From: a virus
Taxonomy: Duplodnaviria > Heunggongvirae > Uroviricota > Caudoviricetes
Reading direction: 5' to 3' (one strand)
IMG/VR virus record: IMGVR_UViG_3300033075_001233
Coordinates: 1-64,000 of that record
DNA: 64,000 nucleotides
A model generated the notes under the pieces. It worked only from the letters and a program-made list of their open reading frames with translations, did no database searches and was not told the origin of the DNA. Made by a program: the position numbers and the translations under genes. Positions 27,284-36,126 of the stretch are shown here, piece after piece (position 1 is the stretch's first letter; every line of letters starts with the position of its first letter).

Positions 27284-27822
27284 TGGCAGCACCTACTCCT
27301 GAGTTAAATATAACAATATTTGATAGCCACGATAGACGGCTATTAGTTATAGGGGATTCGAGCTACTACCCTACTGGATGGAATATTGTTACTCCCACAT
27401 TGGCGATTACAATTCCCGGATATCCAGAAAAACAAATAGAATTTGATGCTCAGAATATAAATATATTCAATTCAAATGCTTTAGGTATAACATGTGATGT
27501 GGATAATTGCGATCTTGAAAATTTACCTGATGGTATTTATAAAATTAAATACGCAATCTATCCATCCTATAAATATAATATAACAAAAACATTCTTACGT
27601 GTTGATTCATTATATGCTAAATTTGATGAAGTTTTCTTAAATTTAGAATTATTTGAATGTGATGGACAAATAAAAAGAAACCAAAGGATGCAATTAGATG
27701 AAATTGAATTTTATATTCAAGGGGCTATTGCAGCAGGAAATAGATGTGCTACAAAATTAGCCAAAGAACTATACGATAAAGCATCCTTACTTTTAAATAG
27801 ATTAACAAAAAGTTGTAAATAA
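27283..27822 (+). CDS. hypothetical Cys-containing protein, 179 aa
   Basis: TAATG overlap with the amidase stop. Confidence 0.5.
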   Translation: MAAPTPELNITIFDSHDRRLLVIGDSSYYPTGWNIVTPTLAITIPGYPEKQIEFDAQNINIFNSNALGITCDVDNCDLENLPDGIYKIKYAIYPSYKYNITKTFLRVDSLYAKFDEVFLNLELFECDGQIKRNQRMQLDEIEFYIQGAIAAGNRCATKLAKELYDKASLLLNRLTKSCK

Positions 27823-27920
27823 TGGGATGTCAAGCTTCTAAATGTGTGCAATGTGGTACGCCCAAAAAAGCGTGTCAGCTTGTTGATGGAAAATGTTCAA
27901 ACTGTAGAGCTAAGAAATAA
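27822..27920 (+). CDS. Cys-rich zinc-ribbon-like microprotein, 32 aa, not in the ORF track
   Basis: Hand translation: MGCQASKCVQCGTPKKACQLVDGKCSNCRAKK, with 7 Cys. TAATG overlaps at both its start and its stop with the neighbouring genes. Confidence 0.4.
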   Translation: MGCQASKCVQCGTPKKACQLVDGKCSNCRAKK

Positions 27921-28273
27921 TGCAAATACCTCAATTTAAAGAATGTACTTCCTGTGGAACATTGCAGGAATTATATAATAAAATTAATTGTTCTATATAC
28001 CAACTCATTAGAAACAAATGGGTAGGGCACACCTATAATGTAGATGAATTTTTTGATGCTGGTATGTATAAAGCCCTTTTACGTCTTAAACGAATTGTAT
28101 ATAAGAGGTTATATAATCCAGATTATCCTAATGAGTGTTTTGATACACAAGATATTATATCAAAACTTACAAAAATAATGTATAAATCATCATCTTGCCC
28201 AGATTGTCCATGTGAAGATTTATCATATTTAGTGCCCACAACTACTACCACAACAACAACCATAGCTCCTTAA
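27920..28273 (+). CDS. hypothetical protein ending in CPDCPCED plus a poly-Thr tail, 117 aa
   Basis: C-terminus SSSCPDCPCEDLSYLVPTTTTTTTTIAP. Confidence 0.5.
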   Translation: MQIPQFKECTSCGTLQELYNKINCSIYQLIRNKWVGHTYNVDEFFDAGMYKALLRLKRIVYKRLYNPDYPNECFDTQDIISKLTKIMYKSSSCPDCPCEDLSYLVPTTTTTTTTIAP

Positions 28274-28282
28274 ATTTATAAT

Positions 28283-29332
28283 ATGCCTTGTACAGATTGT
28301 TTTGAAAATTGTTTTGATAAAAGAACCACTGATAGATGTGTCCAATATACAGGTGATGATATTCCTTTGTTAGGTATATGTAATGGAGATTCATTATATC
28401 AGGTGGAAGTAATAATTCTGGAAAAACTTCAAGAAGCACTCGATGGTACAGGTATTGTACTTTCTGATGTCACTCTTGAAAACTGTCCTGAATTACTTAC
28501 ATTATTTGGTACTCAGGAAAAAACACTGGTAAATCTTCTGCAAATGTTGATTGATTATCAGTGTACATTAAAGTCTTTAATTGATGCACTTACACCATCA
28601 CCTGTATCTTTTGATACAGCATGTTTAACTGGACTTCCTACAAATCCCACTGCCACTGATATTCTCCAAGCTGCTGTAACTAAATTATGTAGTGTTTCTA
28701 CAGATGTTGCTACAATAAAAGCTGATTATGTTAAATCATCTCAGCTTTGTTCAATGGTAACAGCTTGCTTATCAGGTAGTTCTTCTACACAAGAATATAC
28801 AAAAATGCCAAAATATGTCCCTATGGCATATCTTGGGCCTCTTTCTGTATTTGATGCTACAGGTAAGGGATTAAGTGCTTCTGGATATGATAAAGTGTAT
28901 ATATGTAATGGTAATAATGGTACACAAGACCTTAGAGGTAGAACTCTGGTAGGTGCAAATACAAACGTAGTAGGACCAACATTAGGAACAGCCGTTGATC
29001 CTGCTCAACCTCAGAATGCAGGATATAATTTTGCACAAAATACACAAAAAGGTGCATATACAGATACTCTGACAACTAATACAATTCCTTCTCACTCTCA
29101 CACTGTAACTGATCCGGGCCATAGACACGAAGTAGATTTAACACATGGTTATGGATATACAGGAACACCAAACAGTTCTGTGTTTGGAAATGGTGCAAAT
29201 TCACCAGCTTCTTATTCATATAATTCAGATGTGAATACAACAGGTATCACTGTTAATTCTACAGGTGCTGGACAACCTCACAACAATACACAACCTTCTC
29301 ATGGTGTTGTTTGGATAATGTATATTCCCTAA
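28283..29332 (+). CDS. tail fiber protein with phage tail-collar domain
   Basis: IPSHSHTVTDPGHRHEV and the C-terminal NTQPSHGVVWIMYIP resemble the tail-collar (Mdp-like) H-x-H motifs and the terminal QPY..NYII box. N-terminus MPCTDC. Confidence 0.65.
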   Translation: MPCTDCFENCFDKRTTDRCVQYTGDDIPLLGICNGDSLYQVEVIILEKLQEALDGTGIVLSDVTLENCPELLTLFGTQEKTLVNLLQMLIDYQCTLKSLIDALTPSPVSFDTACLTGLPTNPTATDILQAAVTKLCSVSTDVATIKADYVKSSQLCSMVTACLSGSSSTQEYTKMPKYVPMAYLGPLSVFDATGKGLSASGYDKVYICNGNNGTQDLRGRTLVGANTNVVGPTLGTAVDPAQPQNAGYNFAQNTQKGAYTDTLTTNTIPSHSHTVTDPGHRHEVDLTHGYGYTGTPNSSVFGNGANSPASYSYNSDVNTTGITVNSTGAGQPHNNTQPSHGVVWIMYIP

Positions 29333-29353
29333 TAAAAATCAATAAATATAATT

Positions 29354-31255
29354 ATGTCTTGTCAAGATTGCAATAATTCGAGTATCTCATTAACAGGAAG
29401 TTGGTATCCGGGCAGTCCCTGCTCAGAAAACACTGAATGTGGAGGTACTTCATATAATGCTCAATGTGTCTACTATAATGGGCCAAATTTACCATGCTCA
29501 GGAGTAAATACATTAGATAGTTTAGAATATGCTCTTCAGAAAATAGATGAGCAAATTTGTGCTATTTCTGGAGATTATAGTACATATAATATGAATTGTT
29601 TGAATACATGGTATGGTTCAACAATTTCTACACAAGCTGAATTTGTAGATGCTATAACAGGGTATGCTTGTGCAATTGCTACAAATTTATCAACATTTAT
29701 AAATACCACTTATACTGCCAATCAAGCAACATTAGATGATAGAATTTCATCATTAGAACTTCCTGATATCACTTGTGTATCTGCCTCAGTAACAGATGCT
29801 GATGATTTACAGACAGTGCTGGCTAAATATTGTTCAAAATTTGAAGATATTGATGATAAGTTAAGTATATCTGGAATTACATGGAATTCCTGTCTTACAG
29901 TGGTAGGAACACCCACCACTATAGCTCAAGGTTTTCAATTACTTGCAGATCAGATTTGTGATGTTTATGACTTAGTAGGTGCTGGAGGTATTCTTCCTAC
30001 ATTCAACAACTCTCTTTCCTGTATATCTGGTACATCAAACGATACTCTTGTAGAGACAATAGAACTTATAAAAACAAGACTTTGTGAAACTCCCACTTAT
30101 GATTTTAGCCTCATATCATGGGGATGTTGGGGCACACAACCTGCTAGTTTTCAAGAATTTATAGCTAAAACTGTAAGTTATTTGAATTCATTAAATTCGG
30201 TTAAATACCAATTTGATAATTCTGACTTTACACTTACAGCAGTAGACCCAATGAATCCTTGTGATGGTCAAGTAGTATCTTTAGCCACGCCTCTTAATGT
30301 AGATAGATTTGTAGCATCGAATGCTTCTGATTTATCACCATCTACACTTGTTGATAAATTAACATCAGTAGGAAGTATATCTCTTGATGATAGTTCAAAT
30401 ACAGATATATCAATTGATGTGACCGATAAAGATTACGGTGACATCACTGTTACAGGATCAGGAAATACATGGACTATTGATAATGACGCAGTTACATTTG
30501 CAAAAATGCAAAATATTAGTACATCTACTCTATTAGGTAGAAGTACAGCAGGAACAGGGGATGTAGAACAAGTTAGTATTGGAGGTAACTTAGTATTATC
30601 TGGCGGTGTTTTATCTGTACCCGGAAAAACCCTTATAGGTGTCACTAAATTCTCATCAAGTGGTACTTGGACAAAACCTGCAAACTGTACTGCTGTACTT
30701 ACATATGTAGTAGCAGCAGGTGGTGGTGGGGCTGGTGCTCTATCAGATGCAGCAGAATCTGCTGTAGGATCAGGTGGTGGAGCAGGTGGTTATAGTATAA
30801 ATTATATTACTACAGGGCTAGGTTCTACTGAGACAGTCGTAGTGGGTATAGGTGGTGATCCCGGTAATCTTGGTAACAGTTGGGCAGGTCAACCCGGAAC
30901 AAATAGTTCATTTGGTAGCCACGTAACTGCGTATGGTGGATTAGGGGGTGAAACTCTTGCATCTGGTACATCTATAGCAAAAGCAGATGGCGGTTTAGGA
31001 GGTGCTCCATCTATTTCATCTGGAACCACTATAATTACCAGCTCAGGTGAATGTGGTAATGAAGCAATTAGATTTTCAGCATCCGTTGGAACATTTGCAA
31101 AAGGAGGTTCTTCAATATTTGGTAGTTCATATAATGGAGGCGTTACAGGGATAGGTGCTGGTGGATATGGAAATGTTGAATATAATGCAGTATCTGGTGG
31201 AGCAGAGGGATATGAAGGTGGAGATGGATATGTAATTGTCTATGAATATAGTTAA
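29354..31255 (+). CDS. tail fiber or receptor-binding protein with Gly-rich C-terminal repeats, 633 aa
   Basis: N-terminus MSCQDC. C-terminal GGGGAGALSDAAESAVGSGGGAGGYS...GIGGDPGNLGNSWAGQPG...GGLGGAPS is beta-helix or fiber-like low complexity. Confidence 0.6.
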   Translation: MSCQDCNNSSISLTGSWYPGSPCSENTECGGTSYNAQCVYYNGPNLPCSGVNTLDSLEYALQKIDEQICAISGDYSTYNMNCLNTWYGSTISTQAEFVDAITGYACAIATNLSTFINTTYTANQATLDDRISSLELPDITCVSASVTDADDLQTVLAKYCSKFEDIDDKLSISGITWNSCLTVVGTPTTIAQGFQLLADQICDVYDLVGAGGILPTFNNSLSCISGTSNDTLVETIELIKTRLCETPTYDFSLISWGCWGTQPASFQEFIAKTVSYLNSLNSVKYQFDNSDFTLTAVDPMNPCDGQVVSLATPLNVDRFVASNASDLSPSTLVDKLTSVGSISLDDSSNTDISIDVTDKDYGDITVTGSGNTWTIDNDAVTFAKMQNISTSTLLGRSTAGTGDVEQVSIGGNLVLSGGVLSVPGKTLIGVTKFSSSGTWTKPANCTAVLTYVVAAGGGGAGALSDAAESAVGSGGGAGGYSINYITTGLGSTETVVVGIGGDPGNLGNSWAGQPGTNSSFGSHVTAYGGLGGETLASGTSIAKADGGLGGAPSISSGTTIITSSGECGNEAIRFSASVGTFAKGGSSIFGSSYNGGVTGIGAGGYGNVEYNAVSGGAEGYEGGDGYVIVYEYS

Positions 31256-31285
31256 TAGATAGGATTTTATTGGTTTTTCCTATCG

Positions 31286-31318
31286 AGAAGGGCTTGAAAT
31301 ATAGCCCTTTTTTTATAA
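31286..31318 (+). terminator. rho-independent terminator after the fiber genes
   Basis: GAAGGGCT-tgaaatat-AGCCCTT followed by TTTTTT. Confidence 0.6.
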
Positions 31319-31499
31319 TTTACAATATTATTAAATAATTTCAAAAATTATGTTAAAATATTTGGCAGTATCAAATATTATATTTAGCTTTGTGTCTTAT
31401 TATTGGGGTAATTATAAGTATCATTCAGAGCTAAAATTTAATTTGATTCTTTCAAATAAAAATACTATCTTTGTGAGAGATTTCCATCTCTGTGAAAGA

Positions 31500-31558
31500 C
31501 CAAGCCTCGGTATGATACTCGATAACCCCAATAATCGAAATCCGAGGCTTTTTTTATT
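31500..31558 (+). terminator. second rho-independent terminator
   Basis: AAGCCTCGG...(31 nt)...CCGAGGCTT followed by TTTTTTT. Confidence 0.55.
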
Positions 31559-31883
31559 TTTATAAAGCCAACGAAACCACACGGAGTTTTCCGTATCACC
31601 TCTGAAAGGTAACTCAAGGTAGGAGGTCAGAAGTCGGGTTGAAATTGTCCCCGATAGTGGTGAAAACATTCCATTGTACGAACACGTACAGTTTGAATTC
31701 TGAGGGTTAAAATGTAGGAATTCTGGGTAGGTGAGACGATCATCATCGGCACTGGCTGTACATAAGTTTTGGAATAAAACCTCTCTAAAGGGCCATAGTG
31801 TGTCTTGTTGAAAATAAATTTGGAAAATTCAATTTTTTTACTTACCTTTGCCTTCATAAATATTTTTTTATTAAAACAAAAAT

Positions 31884-33116
31884 ATGGCAGAAAATACTAA
31901 AGACAAAACATTAACTCAGTTGGAAGATTTACTTAAACATAAAAAAAGTAAGTCTTATTATGCATCCAAACTGAATATATCAGTGGAAGAAGTTAATGAT
32001 GTGTTAAGAGAACTAAGACAAACAGGAGCATACTACGTACATGCTACTGATTATGTAGTACCTTCATTTACCGTAACATATTCATCATCAGTTGATTGTG
32101 ACAAAGGAACGAAGAAATCAGAAGTGATTTCAGATTTTGAACCAAAAACCATAGAAGAATTAGTAGAATTACATAAGGTGGATACAGACAGATATAAAGT
32201 GAGTAATTACTGGACAAAGCAAAAAGGAGACAAATTCTACTCTAGTTTGCTTTGTTCGCTTATAAAGCCCACTGAACTTGATATTGAAAGATTTGCAGAA
32301 TATGTAAAGTCATATAAATCAGACTTTAAACCAGTAAATGTCACCTTTGCTGGTGGTGATAAGGTGGACATTGAAATTTCAATTGCAGACTTTCACCTTG
32401 ATAAGCTCACTCTGGATAAAGAGAAAATAGAAGAAAGGGTAAAAAGATATGAAGAAATTGTAAATAGTTTAGTTTCTTCAGTAGATAGAGTGTATCAGAT
32501 AAATAAAATAGTGTATGTCATAGGTAATGACTTCTTTCATACAGATAACTATTCCAACTCTACAACCAACCTTACACCCCAAGATGTAGCAGTAAGTTAC
32601 AACGAAGCCTATGAAATAGGATTTGATCTGATGGTGAGGACAATCTCTCAACTTAGAGCATATTGTTCAGAAATGGATGTTATCTTAATTCAGGGTAATC
32701 ATGATAGAACAAAATCTTACTATCTTGCTCATGCACTTGAGGTATATTTTAAAGCAGATAAACACATTAAATTTGATAGAGAGCATTCTGTAACAAAATA
32801 TATAAAATTAGGAAATACATTTATTGGCTACCATCATGGTAATACAAAAATTGATGATCTTCCTCTTTTATTCGCCACTTCTCCTGATTCATGTGTAGAT
32901 TTTGGTACATCCAAATACAGAGAAGTGCACACTGGAGATAAACACTTTTATATGGCAAAAGACATAAAAGGAGTAAGAGTTCAACAACTCCCATCCCTTT
33001 CAGGTGTAGATAGATGGCATCTTGATAATAACTATGTAAATAGTGTACGAGCAGCAATTGTTACAGTGTATCATCCTGAAGAAGGAAAAATTGCAGAATT
33101 TGAAAAACGAGTATAA
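31884..33116 (+). CDS. calcineurin-like metallophosphoesterase (SbcD/Mre11-like nuclease fold)
   Basis: Motifs IADFHLD (D-x-H), VIGNDFFHTDN, LIQGNHDRT (GNHD), IGYHHGN and HTGDKH, in the order expected for the Mre11/SbcD phosphoesterase family. Confidence 0.7.
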   Translation: MAENTKDKTLTQLEDLLKHKKSKSYYASKLNISVEEVNDVLRELRQTGAYYVHATDYVVPSFTVTYSSSVDCDKGTKKSEVISDFEPKTIEELVELHKVDTDRYKVSNYWTKQKGDKFYSSLLCSLIKPTELDIERFAEYVKSYKSDFKPVNVTFAGGDKVDIEISIADFHLDKLTLDKEKIEERVKRYEEIVNSLVSSVDRVYQINKIVYVIGNDFFHTDNYSNSTTNLTPQDVAVSYNEAYEIGFDLMVRTISQLRAYCSEMDVILIQGNHDRTKSYYLAHALEVYFKADKHIKFDREHSVTKYIKLGNTFIGYHHGNTKIDDLPLLFATSPDSCVDFGTSKYREVHTGDKHFYMAKDIKGVRVQQLPSLSGVDRWHLDNNYVNSVRAAIVTVYHPEEGKIAEFEKRV

Positions 33117-33817
33117 TGACATATAGAAATATAGTTTCTGATATAAGAGGTATGAATAAATTATTATCATCCGATGGTTTAATAAATGATCGTGTGATAA
33201 TGAATGAAGTACGTAGTGCTGCCAACATGATTGTTGGTCAAGCTCTACAGAAACGTAAATATTGGCAAAGTCCTACATTATTTACACCTATTCTCTGCTT
33301 AGATATGGAACAAGTTCCCCTTCGTGAGTGTTGTGAATACACTGGAGATAAATATGTTGCAATTTCCAAGAAATCTCTTCCTAAAGTAGGAGAGGGTATT
33401 TTTGGATTAGCAGTGCAAGGAGTATTTGGACTTGATTGGTCTGTTAAATTCAAACCTACAAATCCTAATAGATATAGTAATTTATTAAAACTTAAAGTTC
33501 CGAACTCAGAGTCTTATTTCTGGATCACTCAAGATGGCAGGGTGGTAGTTACAAATGAAGATACAAAACAAATTGATGTATTTGCATATTTTACAGAACC
33601 TGTACCAAATGATTTGCTTTATCCCGGAAAGGACTGTGATTGTAAAGTGAAGCCATCAATAACAAATTTATGTACAAATCCATTAGATCAGAGATTTCCA
33701 TTTATTGAAGAACGTATTTTTGATTTAAAACAAATGGTGTATAAAAATCTATTATCTACATATTTTAATCTACCTTACGATAAAACATCAAACCAATTAG
33801 ATGAAACGAGCAAATAA
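33116..33817 (+). CDS. hypothetical protein, 233 aa
   Basis: TAATG overlap with the upstream stop. Confidence 0.5.
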   Translation: MTYRNIVSDIRGMNKLLSSDGLINDRVIMNEVRSAANMIVGQALQKRKYWQSPTLFTPILCLDMEQVPLRECCEYTGDKYVAISKKSLPKVGEGIFGLAVQGVFGLDWSVKFKPTNPNRYSNLLKLKVPNSESYFWITQDGRVVVTNEDTKQIDVFAYFTEPVPNDLLYPGKDCDCKVKPSITNLCTNPLDQRFPFIEERIFDLKQMVYKNLLSTYFNLPYDKTSNQLDETSK

Positions 33818-33977
33818 ACTAACTATAGATCAGCATATACGAGAAGGGTATAGAGTGTATAAAGGAGATGAAATCTTTAAAACCAAACCTAAACAACACA
33901 TGTTGGATATTTTATCCAAATATTTTGATGCTGATATTTTTTATGATTATAAACTAAATTTATTTTTTATAAAATGA
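33801..33977 (+). CDS. small ORF, 58 aa, below the track cutoff
   Basis: Hand translation: MKRANKLTIDQHIREGYRVYKGDEIFKTKPKQHMLDILSKYFDADIFYDYKLNLFFIK. Its stop TGA overlaps the ATG of the next gene as ATGA. Confidence 0.3.
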   Translation: MKRANKLTIDQHIREGYRVYKGDEIFKTKPKQHMLDILSKYFDADIFYDYKLNLFFIK

Positions 33978-34468
33978 GAGTAAAAGTAGAATACTCACAA
34001 ACGAGTAGGAAAACATACAATCAGTTTTGTGCTGAACATCCTGATATAAAAATCTCATATTTAGATTTTATAAATATAATTTATACATTCAACTACGGAT
34101 TCAGGGATTATTTATTAGAAACAGGAATGAAAGCAAAACTACCATATGGATTTGGTGATTTTGCTGTAAGTAAACGAAAACAAAGACTTACACGTAAAAT
34201 AAAAGATGGTGGATATGAGGTGACTGCTCTACCTATAGATTGGAAAAAAACTAAACAGCATAAGAAATATATCTATCATATGAACGCACATACTGATGGA
34301 TTTAAATTCAGATTGAAATGGTTTTGTTCATCATCACGATTATTTAAATGGGCAGAAATATGGAATTTTAAACCATCTCGTGTAACATCTCGACTTATAA
34401 AACACTATGTCGTAGATTTAAAACAATTCGAGAGGTATTATCAATGGGACATTTTTAGAAAAATTTAA
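33974..34468 (+). CDS. hypothetical basic protein, 164 aa
   Basis: ORF. Lys/Arg-rich. Confidence 0.5.
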   Translation: MRVKVEYSQTSRKTYNQFCAEHPDIKISYLDFINIIYTFNYGFRDYLLETGMKAKLPYGFGDFAVSKRKQRLTRKIKDGGYEVTALPIDWKKTKQHKKYIYHMNAHTDGFKFRLKWFCSSSRLFKWAEIWNFKPSRVTSRLIKHYVVDLKQFERYYQWDIFRKI

Positions 34469-34479
34469 AATAAAAAAAC

Positions 34480-34833
34480 ATGGACTTATTAAACATTTTG
34501 TATGCATTCACAAAAGATGCATTTATTGTAACAGCAGTGCTCACTGTATTATTTGGTTTAGGAATTGCTTATTTTTTATCATATTCTATCAAGTCTACAA
34601 AGACTGGGGGTGAACAACAAACCCCTGAAGGTATAGTATATGATAATAATAAAACAAAATTATTTAAAGTACATTCTATGAAATTTGTAGTGGCACTTGT
34701 AGTATTATATATTGGTGCATTAATATGGGTGGGTTGGGATTATACACCGTATAATGCAAAAAAAGATGGTGTTGCTAAAGAACAAACAGATAGTACCCGT
34801 AGTGCAGCAGAAGATATGATTCCTAAGAAATAA
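34480..34833 (+). CDS. membrane protein, 117 aa
   Basis: TM segments IVTAVLTVLFGLGIAYFLSY and FVVALVVLYIGALIWVGW. Confidence 0.5.
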   Translation: MDLLNILYAFTKDAFIVTAVLTVLFGLGIAYFLSYSIKSTKTGGEQQTPEGIVYDNNKTKLFKVHSMKFVVALVVLYIGALIWVGWDYTPYNAKKDGVAKEQTDSTRSAAEDMIPKK

Positions 34834-35279
34834 TGTTATTTCCAATAATTAATATAATAATTGCTACTATATTGTTTTATAGAATATTGAAGAAAGATGT
34901 TCTTTCTGATTTTACCAAATGGGATAATAATATTTCTATAAAACATAAAAAAGAGTGGGCGATAAGAGCATTTCATCTTATCCCCACATTGCTATTTTTA
35001 ATATTACCTGTTTATACATTGTCTCTCAACACTTTGTATAAATTTTTATCTGCGTGTTCTCTGGTTGCTTTTACATATCTCATTCTATTTAATGGGTGGT
35101 TTAATACAAAAAGAAACTATCCATACTGGTCTACAGGATCAGATGATGAGGATGATGCAATCACTGACAATATTTTACAATCCTTACCTAAATGGTCAAG
35201 AATACCATTACAAATACTATTAGTTGCAGTTAGTCTATTCTTCTATATAAAATTCCAACTTCATGAGTGTCTATTATAA
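34833..35279 (+). CDS. membrane protein, 148 aa
   Basis: Multiple hydrophobic segments. TAATG overlap with the upstream stop. Confidence 0.5.
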   Translation: MLFPIINIIIATILFYRILKKDVLSDFTKWDNNISIKHKKEWAIRAFHLIPTLLFLILPVYTLSLNTLYKFLSACSLVAFTYLILFNGWFNTKRNYPYWSTGSDDEDDAITDNILQSLPKWSRIPLQILLVAVSLFFYIKFQLHECLL

Positions 35280-36117
35280 ACAAGATTTTGTAAGTCCTGA
35301 ACAAACATTTGCTCTTGTAAAAGAGGAATTAAAATCGTATTTTGATACAGGAGCTGTAGATGATAGTCTATTTCCAATATGGACAGATCAGTGTATTAAG
35401 AAATTAGGAAAAGCATCCTATCCTATCAATCAAACACTTCTTTGTTTAGATGGATACGAGGCTCGTCTACCTGATGATTTTTATAAAGTGAGAGAAGCAT
35501 GGGCTTGTACAGAATATGAAAAAGATTATCAATTACCAAATGCTACGTACACTCAGGTAAAACAGGAATCTACAAGAATTGATGATCCTGATGTATATTG
35601 TAAACAATGTGCAAATTGTGAATTTCCAGATATAATTCAGGCAGTGTATAAAACAACAAATACTGTTGTATTTCAATATAGAAAGCAATATTTACTCACT
35701 CCCGGAAATATATATACAGCATGTCCTCAAGACCTATATTGTGCAAACTATAATTCAGCTACAGATGAAAGTTATGATATTCGTGACAATAAGTTTGTAG
35801 TGACATTTAGAACAGGTACAGTGTATTTACAGTATTATTCTACACAATTTGATTGCGTTAATCAACTTGTTCCTGATGAATATAGAACTCTGAAATTCAT
35901 TGAATTATACATAAAACAGAAAATATTTGAACAATTATTCAATCAGTGTACAGATGAGACATATAACCAATTGAGAGAAAAATCAATGTTATATAAACAA
36001 ATGGCAGATGAAGCCTACATTATGGCCGATACAGAGAATAAAAAAGAGGACGTATATAGGAAACAAAGAGCAATTAAACGAGTACAGAATAGATTTAAAG
36101 GATACGATATACGATAA
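35263..36117 (+). CDS. hypothetical protein, 284 aa
   Basis: ORF. Cys-containing: CKQCANCEFPD. Confidence 0.5.
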   Translation: MSVYYKQDFVSPEQTFALVKEELKSYFDTGAVDDSLFPIWTDQCIKKLGKASYPINQTLLCLDGYEARLPDDFYKVREAWACTEYEKDYQLPNATYTQVKQESTRIDDPDVYCKQCANCEFPDIIQAVYKTTNTVVFQYRKQYLLTPGNIYTACPQDLYCANYNSATDESYDIRDNKFVVTFRTGTVYLQYYSTQFDCVNQLVPDEYRTLKFIELYIKQKIFEQLFNQCTDETYNQLREKSMLYKQMADEAYIMADTENKKEDVYRKQRAIKRVQNRFKGYDIR

Positions 36118-36126
36118 AATTAACAA

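Noticed and set aside
31350-31857. Three short ORFs reported by the track between the fiber terminator and the next operon (31350-31565 plus, 31421-31669 minus, 31627-31857 minus)
   Set aside because: They overlap each other and a strong terminator hairpin, have implausible compositions, and lie in a region better explained as non-coding regulatory or sRNA sequence.
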